This document shows positions 1-11,400 of a stretch of 64,000 bases of DNA, piece by piece. The notes beneath the pieces are model-generated. The model ran no database searches, was not told the origin of the DNA, and saw only the letters and a program-made list of their open reading frames with translations. The stretch is taken from the NCBI RefSeq assembly GCF_009914755.1, contig NC_060938.1; one strand, given 5' to 3'. The translations under genes were made by a program, and so were the position numbers. Numbering within the stretch: the first letter of the stretch is position 1; every line of letters starts with the position of its first letter. Source of the stretch: the human T2T-CHM13v2.0 reference genome, Homo sapiens.

Positions 1-10
1 GGGAAGATAT

Positions 11-27
11 TTCCCTTTTCACCGTAG
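11..27 (+). promoter_or_regulatory. pJalpha / A-box of an A-type monomer (paralogous boxes at 353-369, 695-711, 1037-1053; repeated in every unit)
   Basis: ttcccttttcaccgtag matches the pJalpha motif TTCCTTTTYCACCRTAG at 16/17 positions and sits exactly 171 bp before CENP-B box 1, i.e. at the homologous monomer position. 1037-1053 (ttcctttctcaccatag) also matches 16/17; the other two are more degenerate. Confidence 0.75.
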
Positions 28-181
28 GCGTCAAGGCGCTCCAAATGTCCACTTCCAGATACTACAAAAAGAGTGTTTCAAACCTACTCTGTGAAAGGGA
101 ATATTCAACTCTGTGACTTGAATGCACATATCACAAGGAAGTTTCTGAGAATGCTTCTGTCGAGATTTTATATGAAGATAT

Positions 182-198
182 TCCCGTTTCCAACGAAA
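182..198 (-). promoter_or_regulatory. CENP-B box 1 of the HOR (repeated in every unit)
   Basis: tcccgtttccaacgaaa is the reverse complement of TTTCGTTGGAAACGGGA, matching the canonical 17-bp CENP-B box YTTCGTTGGAARCGGGA. Confidence 0.97.
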
Positions 199-523
199 TC
201 CTGAAATCTATCCAAATATCCCCTCGCAGATTCTACAAAAAGAGTGTTTCAAAACTGCTCTTTAAAAAGAAAGGTTCAACTCTGTTAGTTGAGTACACAC
301 ATCACAAACAAGTTTCACAGAATGCTTCTTTCTAGCTTGTAGGGGAAGATATTCCCTTTATCACCATGGGCCTCAAACCGTCCGATAAGTCCACTTCCAT
401 ATACTACAAAAAGAGCGTTTCAAACCTGCTCTATGAAAGGCAACGTTCAACTCTGTGACTTGAATGCAGACATCACAGAGCAGTTTCTGAGAATGCTTCT
501 GTCTAGATTTTATAGGAAGATAT

Positions 524-540
524 TCCCGTTTCCAACGAAA
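524..540 (-). promoter_or_regulatory. CENP-B box 2 of the HOR (repeated in every unit)
   Basis: tcccgtttccaacgaaa, 342 bp after box 1. Confidence 0.97.
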
Positions 541-865
541 TCTTCACAGCTATCCAAATATCCACTTGCAGATTCTACAAAAAGAGTGTATCAAAACTGC
601 TCTGTCAAAAGGAAGGTTCTTCTCTGTTAGGTGAGTGCATACGTCATAAAGGAGTTTCTGAGAATGTTTCTGTCTAGTGGTTATGGGAAGATATTTGCTT
701 TTTCCCCGTAGGCCTCAGGGCGCTCCAAATGTCCACTTGCACATGCTACAAAAAGAGTGCTTCAAAGCTGCTCTCTGAAAGGGAATGTTCAACTCTATGA
801 GTTGAATGCAAACATCACAAAGACGTTTCTGAGAATGCTTCTGTCTAGATTTGATATGAAGATAT

Positions 866-882
866 TCCCGTTTCCAACGAAA
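866..882 (-). promoter_or_regulatory. CENP-B box 3 of the HOR (repeated in every unit)
   Basis: tcccgtttccaacgaaa, 342 bp after box 2. Confidence 0.97.
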
Positions 883-1199
883 TCTTCAAATCTATCCAAA
901 TGTCCACTTGCAGATTCAACAAAAAGTGTTTTTCAGAACTGCTCTATCAAAAGAAAGATCCACCTCTGTTAGCTGAGTTCAGACATCACAAACAAGTTTA
1001 TGAGAATGCTTCTGTCTAGTTTTTATTTGAAGATATTTCCTTTCTCACCATAGACCTGAAAGCTGTCCTAATGTTCACTTCCAGTTACTACAGAGTGTTT
1101 CAAAACTGCTGTACGAAAGGGAATGTTCAACTCTGTGACTTGAATGCACACATCACAAAGAAGTTTCTGAGGATGCTGCTGTCTACTTTTTATACTTAA

Positions 1200-1216
1200 T
1201 CCCGTTTCCAACGAAA
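1200..1216 (-). promoter_or_regulatory. CENP-B box 4 of the HOR (repeated in every unit)
   Basis: tcccgtttccaacgaaa preceded by an atypical flank (tatacttaa). It lies 334 bp after box 3 in this deleted unit and 338 bp in full-length units. Confidence 0.97.
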
Positions 1217-1360
1217 TCCTCCAAGCTATCCAAATATCCACTTGCAGATTCCACAGAAAGACTGTTTCAAAACTGCTCTGTCAATAGAAAGGTTCAACTC
1301 TGTTAGCTGCGTGCATATATCCCAAAGAAGATTCTGAGATTGCTTCTCTCTAGTTTTTAT

Positions 1361-2724
1361 GGGAAGATATTTCCCTTTTCACCGTAGGCGTCAAGGCGCT
1401 CCAAATGTCCACTTCCAGATACTACAAAAAGAGTGTTTCAAACCTACTCTGTGAAAGGGAATATTCAACTCTGTGACTTGAATGCACATATCACAAGGAA
1501 GTTTCTGAGAATGCTTCTGTCGAGATTTTATATGAAGATATTCCCGTTTCCAACGAAATCCTGAAATCTATCCAAATATCCCCTCGCAGATTCTACAAAA
1601 AGAGTGTTTCAAAACTGCTCTGTAAAAAGAAAGGTTCAACTCTGTTAGTTGAGTACACACATCACAAACAAGTTTCACAGAATGCTTCTTTCTAGCTTGT
1701 AGGGGAAGATATTCCCTTTATCACCATGGGCCTCCAACCGTCCGATAAGTCCACTTCCATATACTACAAAAAGAGCGTTTCAAACCTGCTCTATGAAAGG
1801 CAATGTTCAACTCTGTGACTTGAATGCAGACATCACAGAGCAGTTTCTGAGAATGCTTCTGTCTAGATTTTATAGGAAGATATTCCCGTTTCCAACGAAA
1901 TCTTCACAGCTATCCAAATATCCACTTGCAGATTCTACAAAAAGAGTGTATCAAAACTGCTCTGTCAAAAGGAAGGTTCTTCTCTGTTAGGTGAGTGCAT
2001 ACGTCATAAAGGAGTTTCTGAGAATGTTTCTGTCTAGTGGTTATGGGAAGATATTTGCTTTTTCCCCGTAGGCCTCAGGGCGCTCCAAATGTCCACTTGC
2101 ACATGCTACAAAAAGAGTGCTTCAAAGCTGCTCTCTGAAAGGGAATGTTCAACTCTATGAGTTGAATGCAAACATCGCAAAGACGTTTCTGAGAATGCTT
2201 CTGTCTAGATTTGATATGAAGATATTCCCGTTTCCAACGAAATCTTCAAATCTATCCAAATGTCCACTTGCAGATTCAACAAAAAGTGTTTTTCAGAACT
2301 GCTCTATCAAAAGAAAGATCCACCTCTGTTAGCTGAGTTCAGACATCACAAACAAGTTTATGAGAATGCTTCTGTCTAGTTTTTATTTGAAGATATTTCC
2401 TTTCTCACCATAGACCTGAAAGCTGTCCTAATGTTCACTTCCAGTTACTACAGAAAGAGTATTTCAAAACTGCTGTACGAAAGGGAATGTTCAACTCTGT
2501 GACTTGAATGCACACATCACAAAGAAGTTTCTGAGGATGCTGCTGTCTACTTTTTATACTTAATCCCGTTTCCAACGAAATCCTCCAAGCTATCCAAATA
2601 TCCACTTGCAGATTCCACAGAAAGACTGTTTCAAAACTGCTCTGTCAATAGAAAGGTTCAACTCTGTTAGCTGCGTGCATATATCCCAAAGCAGATTCTG
2701 AGATTGCTTCTGTCTAGTTTTTAT
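1361..2724 (-). repeat. Representative full-length 1364-bp HOR unit (8 monomers, 4 A/B dimers)
   Basis: The phase marker gggaagatatttcccttttcaccgtagg occurs at 1, 1361, 2725, 4085, 5449 and onward to 62677. Four CENP-B boxes per unit are spaced 342, 342, 338 and 342 bp, summing to 1364. Confidence 0.97.
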
Positions 2725-5448
2725 GGGAAGATATTTCCCTTTTCACCGTAGGCGTCAAGGCGCTCCAAATGTCCACTTCCAGATACTACAAAAAGAGTGT
2801 TTCAAACCTACTCTGTGAAAGGGAATATTCAACTCTGTGACTTGAATGCACATATCACAAGGAAGTTTCTGAGAATGCTTCTGTCGAGATTTTATATGAA
2901 GATATTCCCGTTTCCAACGAAATCCTGAAATCTATCCAAATATCCCCTCGCAGATTCTACAAAAAGAGTGTTTCAAAACTGCTCTTTAAAAAGAAAGGTT
3001 CAACTCTGTTAGTTGAGTACACACATCACAAACAAGTTTCACAGAATGCTTCTTTCTAGCTTGTAGGGGAAGATATTCCCTTTATCACCATGGGCCTCAA
3101 ACCGTCCGATAAGTCCACTTCCATATACTACAAAAAGAGCGTTTCAAACCTGCTCTATGAAAGGCAACGTTCAACTCTGTGACTTGAATGCAGACATCAC
3201 AGAGCAGTTTCTGAGAATGCTTCTGTCTAGATTTTATAGGAAGATATTCCCGTTTCCAACGAAATCTTCACAGCTATCCAAATATCCACTTGCAGATTCT
3301 ACAAAAAGAGTGTATCAAAACTGCTCTGTCAAAAGGAAGGTTCTTCTCTGTTAGGTGAGTGCATACGTCATAAAGGAGTTTCTGAGAATGTTTCTGTCTA
3401 GTGGTTATGGGAAGATATTTGCTTTTTCCCCGTAGGCCTCAGAGCGCTCCAAATATCCACTTGCACATACTACAAAAAGAGTGCCTCAAAGCTGCTCTCT
3501 GAAACGGAATGTTCAACTCTATGAGTTGAATGCAAACATCGCAAAGACGTTTCTGAGAATGCTTCTGTCTAGATTTGATATGAAGATATTCCCGTTTCCA
3601 ACGAAATCTTCAAATCTATCCAAATGTCCACTTGCAGATTCAACAAAAAGTGTTTTTCAGAACTGCTCTATCAAAAGAAAGATCCACCTCTGTTAGCTGA
3701 GTTCAGACATCACAAACAAGTTTATGAGAATGCTTCTGTCTAGTTTTTATTTGAAGATATTTCCTTTCTCACCATAGACCTGAAAGCTGTCCTAATGTTC
3801 ACTTCCAGTTACTACAGAGTGTTTCAAAACTGCTGTACGAAAGGGAATGTTCAACTCTGTGACTTGAATGCACACATCACAAAGAAGTTTCTGAGGATGC
3901 TGCTGTCTACTTTTTATACTTAATCCCGTTTCCAACGAAATCCTCCAAGCTATCCAAATATCCACTTGCAGATTCCACAGAAAGACTGTTTCAAAACTGC
4001 TCTGTCAATAGAAAGGTTCAACTCTGTTAGCTGCGTGCATATATCCCAAAGAAGATTCTGAGATTGCTTCTGTCTAGTTTTTATGGGAAGATATTTCCCT
4101 TTTCACCGTAGGCGTCAAGGCGCTCCAAATGTCCACTTCCAGATACTACAAAAAGAGTGTTTCAAACCTACTCTGTGAAAGGGAATATTCAACTCTGTGA
4201 CTTGAATGCACATATCACAAGGAAGTTTCTGAGAATGCTTCTGTCGAGATTTTATATGAAGATATTCCCGTTTCCAACGAAATCCTGAAATCTATCCAAA
4301 TATCCCCTCGCAGATTCTACAAAAAGAGTGTTTCAAAACTGCTCTGTAAAAAGAAAGGTTCAACTCTGTTAGTTGAGTACACACATCACAAACAAGTTTC
4401 ACAGAATGCTTCTTTCTAGCTTGTAGGGGAAGATATTCCCTTTATCACCATGGGCCTCCAACCGTCCGATAAGTCCACTTCCATATACTACAAAAAGAGC
4501 GTTTCAAACCTGCTCTATGAAAGGCAATGTTCAACTCTGTGACTTGAATGCAGACATCACAGAGCAGTTTCTGAGAATGCTTCTGTCTAGATTTTATAGG
4601 AAGATATTCCCGTTTCCAACGAAATCTTCACAGCTATCCAAATATCCACTTGCAGATTCTACAAAAAGAGTGTATCAAAACTGCTCTGTCAAAAGGAAGG
4701 TTCTTCTCTGTTAGGTGAGTGCATACGTCATAAAGGAGTTTCTGAGAATGTTTCTGTCTAGTGGTTATGGGAAGATATTTGCTTTTTCCCCGTAGGCCTC
4801 AGGGCGCTCCAAATGTCCACTTGCACATGCTACAAAAAGAGTGCTTCAAAGCTGCTCTCTGAAAGGGAATGTTCAACTCTATGAGTTGAATGCAAACATC
4901 GCAAAGACGTTTCTGAGAATGCTTCTGTCTAGATTTGATATGAAGATATTCCCGTTTCCAACGAAATCTTCAAATCTATCCAAATGTCCACTTGCAGATT
5001 CAACAAAAAGTGTTTTTCAGAACTGCTCTATCAAAAGAAAGATCCACCTCTGTTAGCTGAGTTCAGACATCACAAACAAGTTTATGAGAATGCTTCTGTC
5101 TAGTTTTTATTTGAAGATATTTCCTTTCTCACCATAGACCTGAAAGCTGTCCTAATGTTCACTTCCAGTTACTACAGAAAGAGTATTTCAAAACTGCTGT
5201 ACGAAAGGGAATGTTCAACTCTGTGACTTGAATGCACACATCACAAAGAAGTTTCTGAGGATGCTGCTGTCTACTTTTTATACTTAATCCCGTTTCCAAC
5301 GAAATCCTCCAAGCTATCCAAATATCCACTTGCAGATTCCACAGAAAGACTGTTTCAAAACTGCTCTGTCAATAGAAAGGTTCAACTCTGTTAGCTGCGT
5401 GCATATATCCCAAAGCAGATTCTGAGATTGCTTCTGTCTAGTTTTTAT

Positions 5449-8400
5449 GGGAAGATATTTCCCTTTTCACCGTAGGCGTCAAGGCGCTCCAAATGTCCAC
5501 TTCCAGATACTACAAAAAGAGTGTTTCAAACCTACTCTGTGAAAGGGAATATTCAACTCTGTGACTTGAATGCACATATCACAAGGAAGTTTCTGAGAAT
5601 GCTTCTGTCGAGATTTTATATGAAGATATTCCCGTTTCCAACGAAATCCTGAAATCTATCCAAATATCCCCTCGCAGATTCTACAAAAAGAGTGTTTCAA
5701 AACTGCTCTTTAAAAAGAAAGGTTCAACTCTGTTAGTTGAGTACACACATCACAAACAAGTTTCACAGAATGCTTCTTTCTAGCTTGTAGGGGAAGATAT
5801 TCCCTTTATCACCATGGGCCTCAAACCGTCCGATAAGTCCACTTCCATATACTACAAAAAGAGCGTTTCAAACCTGCTCTATGAAAGGCAACGTTCAACT
5901 CTGTGACTTGAATGCAGACATCACAGAGCAGTTTCTGAGAATGCTTCTGTCTAGATTTTATAGGAAGATATTCCCGTTTCCAACGAAATCTTCACAGCTA
6001 TCCAAATATCCACTTGCAGATTCTACAAAAAGAGTGTATCAAAACTGCTCTGTCAAAAGGAAGGTTCTTCTCTGTTAGGTGAGTGCATACGTCATAAAGG
6101 AGTTTCTGAGAATGTTTCTGTCTAGTGGTTATGGGAAGATATTTGCTTTTTCCCCGTAGGCCTCAGAGCGCTCCAAATATCCACTTGCACATACTACAAA
6201 AAGAGTGCCTCAAAGCTGCTCTCTGAAACGGAATGTTCAACTCTATGAGTTGAATGCAAACATCGCAAAGACGTTTCTGAGAATGCTTCTGTCTAGATTT
6301 GATATGAAGATATTCCCGTTTCCAACGAAATCTTCAAATCTATCCAAATGTCCACTTGCAGATTCAACAAAAAGTGTTTTTCAGAACTGCTCTATCAAAA
6401 GAAAGATCCACCTCTGTTAGCTGAGTTCACACATCACAAACAAGTTTATGAGAATGCTTCTGTCTAGTTTTTATTTGAAGATATTTCCTTTCTCACCATA
6501 GAGCTGAAAGCTGTCCTAATGTTCACTTCCAGATACTACAGAAAGAGTGTTTCAAAACTGCTGTACGAAAGGGAATGTTCAACTCTGTGACTTGAATGCA
6601 CACATCACAAAGAAGTTTCTGAGGATGCTGCTGTCTACTTTTTATACGTAATCCCGTTTCCAACGAAATCCTCCAAGCTATCCAAATATCCACTTGCAGA
6701 TTCCACAGAAAGACTGTTTCAAAACTGCTCTGTCAATAGAAAGGTTCAACTCTGTTAGCTGCGTGCATATATCCCAAAGAAGATTCTGAGATTGCTTCTG
6801 TCTAGTTTTTATGGGAAGATATTTCCCTTTTCACCGTAGGTGTCAAGGCGCTCCAAATGTCCACTTCCAGATACTACAAAAAGAGTGTTTCAAACCTACT
6901 CTGTGAAAGGGAATATTCAACTCTGTGACTTGAATGCACATATCACAAAGAAGTTTCTGAGAATGCTTCTGTCGAGATTTTATATGAAGATATTCCCGTT
7001 TCCAACGAAATGCTGAAATCTATCCAAATATCCCCTCGCAGATTCTACAAAAAGAGTGTTTCAAAACTGCTCTGTGAAAAGAAAGGTTCAATTCTGTTAG
7101 TTGAGTACACACATCACAAACAAGTTTCACAGAATGCTTCTTTCTAGCTTGTAGGGGAAGATATTCCCTTTATCACCATGGGCCTCAAACCGTCCGAAAA
7201 GTCCACTTCCATATACTACAAAAAGAGCGTTTCAAACCTGCTCTATGAAAGGCAATGTTCAACTCTGTGACTTGAATGCAGACATCACAGAGCAGTTTCT
7301 GAGAATGCTTCTGTCTAGATTTTATAGGAAGATATTCCCGTTTCCAACGAAATCTTCACAGCTATCCAAATATCCACTTGCAGATTCTACAAAAAGAGTG
7401 TATCAAAACTGCTCTGTCAAAAGGAAGGTTCTTCTCTGTTAGGTGAGTGCATACGTCATAAAGGAGTTTCTGAGAATGTTTCTGTCTAGTGGTTATGGGA
7501 AGATATTTGCTTTTTCCCTGTAGGCCTCAGGGCGCTCCAAATGTCCACTTGCACATGCTACAAAAAGAGTGCTTCAAAGCTGCTCTCTGAAAGGGAATGT
7601 TCAACTCTATGAGTTGAATGCAAACATCGCAAAGACGTTTCTGAGAATGCTTCTGTCTAGATTTGATATGAAGATATTCCCGTTTCCAACGAAATCTTCA
7701 AATCTATCCAAATGTCCACTTGCAGATTCAACAAAAAGTGTTTTTCAGAACTGCTCTATCAAAAGAAAGATCCACCTCTGTTAGCTGAGTTCAGACATCA
7801 CAAACAAGTTTATGAGAATGCTTCTGTCTAGTTTTTATTTGAAGATATTTCCTTTCTCACCATAGACCTGAAAGCTGTCCTAATGTTCACTTCCAGTTAC
7901 TACAGAAAGAGTATTTCAAAACTGCTGTACGAAAGGGAATGTTCAACTCTGTGACTTGAATGCACACATCACAAAGAAGTTTCTGAGGATGCTGCTGTCT
8001 ACTTTTTATACTTAATCCCGTTTCCAACGAAATCCTCCAAGCTATCCAAATATCCACTTGCAGATTCCACAGAAAGACTGTTTCAAAACTGCTCTGTCAA
8101 TAGAAAGGTTCAACTCTGTTAGCTGCGTGCATATATCCCAAAGCAGATTCTGAGATTGCTTCTGTCTAGTTTTTATGGGAAGATATTTCCCTTTTCACCG
8201 TAGGCGTCAAGGCGCTCCAAATGTCCACTTCCAGATACTACAAAAAGAGTGTTTCAAACCTACTCTGTGAAAGGGAATATTCAACTCTGTGACTTGAATG
8301 CACATATCACAAGGAAGTTTCTGAGAATGCTTCTGTCGAGATTTTATATGAAGATATTCCCGTTTCCAACGAAATCCTGAAATCTATCCAAATATCCCCT

Positions 8401-11400
8401 CGCAGATTCTACAAAAAGAGTGTTTCAAAACTGCTCTTTAAAAAGAAAGGTTCAACTCTGTTAGTTGAGTACACACATCACAAACAAGTTTCACAGAATG
8501 CTTCTTTCTAGCTTGTAGGGGAAGATATTCCCTTTATCACCATGGGCCTCAAACCGTCCGATAAGTCCACTTCCATATACTACAAAAAGAGCGTTTCAAA
8601 CCTGCTCTATGAAAGGCAACGTTCAACTCTGTGACTTGAATGCAGACATCACAGAGCAGTTTCTGAGAATGCTTCTGTCTAGATTTTATAGGAAGATATT
8701 CCCGTTTCCAACGAAATCTTCACAGCTATCCAAATATCCACTTGCAGATTCTACAAAAAGAGTGTATCAAAACTGCTCTGTCAAAAGGAAGGTTCTTCTC
8801 TGTTAGGTGAGTGCATACGTCATAAAGGAGTTTCTGAGAATGTTTCTGTCTAGTGGTTATGGGAAGATATTTGCTTTTTCCCCGTAGGCCTCAGGGCGCT
8901 CCAAATGTCCACTTGCACATGCTACAAAAAGAGTGCTTCAAAGCTGCTCTCTGAAAGGGAATGTTCAACTCTATGAGTTGAATGCAAACATCACAAAGAC
9001 GTTTCTGAGAATGCTTCTGTCTAGATTTGATATGAAGATATTCCCGTTTCCAACGAAATCTTCAAATCTATCCAAATGTCCACTTGCAGATTCAACAAAA
9101 AGTGTTTTTCAGAACTGCTCTATCAAAAGAAAGATCCACCTCTGTTAGCTGAGTTCAGACATCACAAACAAGTTTATGAGAATGCTTCTGTCTAGTTTTT
9201 ATTTGAAGATATTTCCTTTCTCACCATAGACCTGAAAGCTGTCCTAATGTTCACTTCCAGTTACTACAGAAAGAGTGTTTCAAAACTGCTGTACGAAAGG
9301 GAATGTTCAACTCTGTGACTTGAATGCACACATCACAAAGAAGTTTCTGAGGATGCTGCTGTCTACTTTTTATACTTAATCCCGTTTCCAACGAAATCCT
9401 CCAAGCTATCCAAATATCCACTTGCAGATTCCACAGAAAGACTGTTTCAAAACTGCTCTGTCAATAGAAAGGTTCAACTCTGTTAGCTGCGTGCATATAT
9501 CCCAAAGAAGATTCTGAGATTGCTTCTGTCTAGTTTTTATGGGAAGATATTTCCCTTTTCACCGTAGGCGTCAAGGCGCTCCAAATGTCCACTTCCAGAT
9601 ACTACAAAAAGAGTGCTTCAAACCTACTCTGTGAAAGGGAATATTCAACTCTGTGACTTGAATGCACATATCACAAGGAAGTTTCTGAGAATGCTTCTGT
9701 CGAGATTTTATATGAAGATATTCCCGTTTCCAACGAAATCCTGAAATCTATCCAAATATCCCCTCGCAGATTCTACAAAAAGAGTGTTTCAAAACTGCTC
9801 TGTAAAAAGAAAGGTTCAACTCTGTTAGTTGACTACACACATCACAAACAAGTTTCACAGAATGCTTCTTTCTAGCTTGTAGGGGAAGATATTCCCTTTA
9901 TCACCATGGGCCTCAAACCGTCCGATAAGTCCACTTCCATATACTACAAAAAGAGCGTTTCAAACCTGCTCTATGAAAGGCAATGTTCAACTCTGTGACT
10001 TGAATGCAGACATCACAGAGCAGTTTCTGAGAATGCTTCTGTCTAGATTTTATAGGAAGATATTCCCGTTTCCAACGAAATCTTCACAGCTATCCAAATA
10101 TCCACTTGCAGATTCTACAAAAAGAGTGTATCAAAACTGCTCTGTCAAAAGGAAGGTTCTTTTCTGTTAGGTGAGTGCATACGTCATAAAGGAGTTTCTG
10201 AGAATGTTTCTGTCTAGTGGTTATGGGAAGATATTTGCTTTTTCCCCGTAGGCCTCAGAGCGCTCCAAATATCCACTTGCACATGCTACAAAAAGAGTGC
10301 CTCAAAGCTGCTCTCTGAAACGGAATGTGCAACTCTATGAGTTGAATGCAAACATCGCAAAGACGTTTCTGAGAATGCTTCTGTCTAGATTTGATATGAA
10401 GATATTCCCGTTTCCAACGAAATCTTCAAATCTATCCAAATGTCCACTTGCAGATTCAACAAAAAGTGTTTTTCAGAACTGCTCTATCAAAAGAAAGATC
10501 CACCTCTGTTAGCTGAGTTCAGACATCACAAACAAGTTTATGAGAATGCTTCTGTCTAGTTTTTATTTGAAGATATTTCCTTTCTCACCATAGACCTGAA
10601 AGCTTTCCTAATGTTCACTTCCAGTTACTACAGAAAGAGTATTTCAAAACTGCTGTACGAAAGGGATTGTTCAACTCTGTGACTTGAATGCACACATCAC
10701 AAAGAAGTTTCTGAGGATGCTGCTGTCTACTTTTTATACTTAATCCCGTTTCCAACGAAATCCTCCAAGCTATCCAAATATCCACTTGCAGATTCCACAG
10801 AAAGACTGTTTCAAAACTGCTCTGTCAATAGAAAGGTTCAACTCTGTTAGCTGCGTGCATATATCCCAAAGCAGATTCTGAGATTGCTTCTGTCTAGTTT
10901 TTATGGGAAGATATTTCCCTTTTCACCGTAGGCGTCAAGGCGCTCCAAATGTCCACTTCCAGATACTACAAAAAGAGTGTTTCAAACCTACTCTGTGAAA
11001 GGGAATATTCAACTCTGTGACTTGAATGCACATATCACAAGGAAGTTTCTGAGAATGCTTCTGTCGAGATTTTATATGAAGATATTCCCGTTTCCAACGA
11101 AATCCTGAAATCTATCCAAATATCCCCTCGCAGATTCCACAAAAAGAGTGTTTCAAAACTGCTCTTTAAAAAGAAAGGTTCAACTCTGTTAGTTGAGTAC
11201 ACACATCACAAACAAGTTTCACAGAATGCTTCTTTCTAGCTTGTAGGGGAAGATATTCCCTTTATCACCATGGGCCTCAAACCGTCCGATAAGTCCACTT
11301 CCATATACTACAAAAAGAGCGTTTCAAACCTGCTCTATGAAAGGCAACGTTCAACTCTGTGACTTGAATGCAGACATCACAGAGCAGTTTCTGAGAATGC

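Larger units (their letters stand above)
1..1360 (-). repeat. Representative 1360-bp HOR variant carrying a 4-bp deletion
   Basis: ctacagagtgttt at ~1088-1100 versus ctacagaaagagtattt in full-length units. ORF-start spacing is 1360 for units 1, 3, 9, 12, 16, 18, 21, 23, 25, 26, 27, 32, 35, 39, 41, 44 and 46 (17 of 47). Confidence 0.97.

Noticed and set aside
624-640. Splice-like motif ttag/gtgagt in every HOR
   Set aside because: It is a variant of the alphoid ttagttgagt segment with no exon context or other support.
1-5416. Units 1-4 as the tail of an upstream third macro-repeat copy
   Set aside because: Their lengths and alleles (1360, 1364, 1360, 1364, with a minor-type start in unit 3) do not match units 24-27 (1364, 1360, 1360, 1360).
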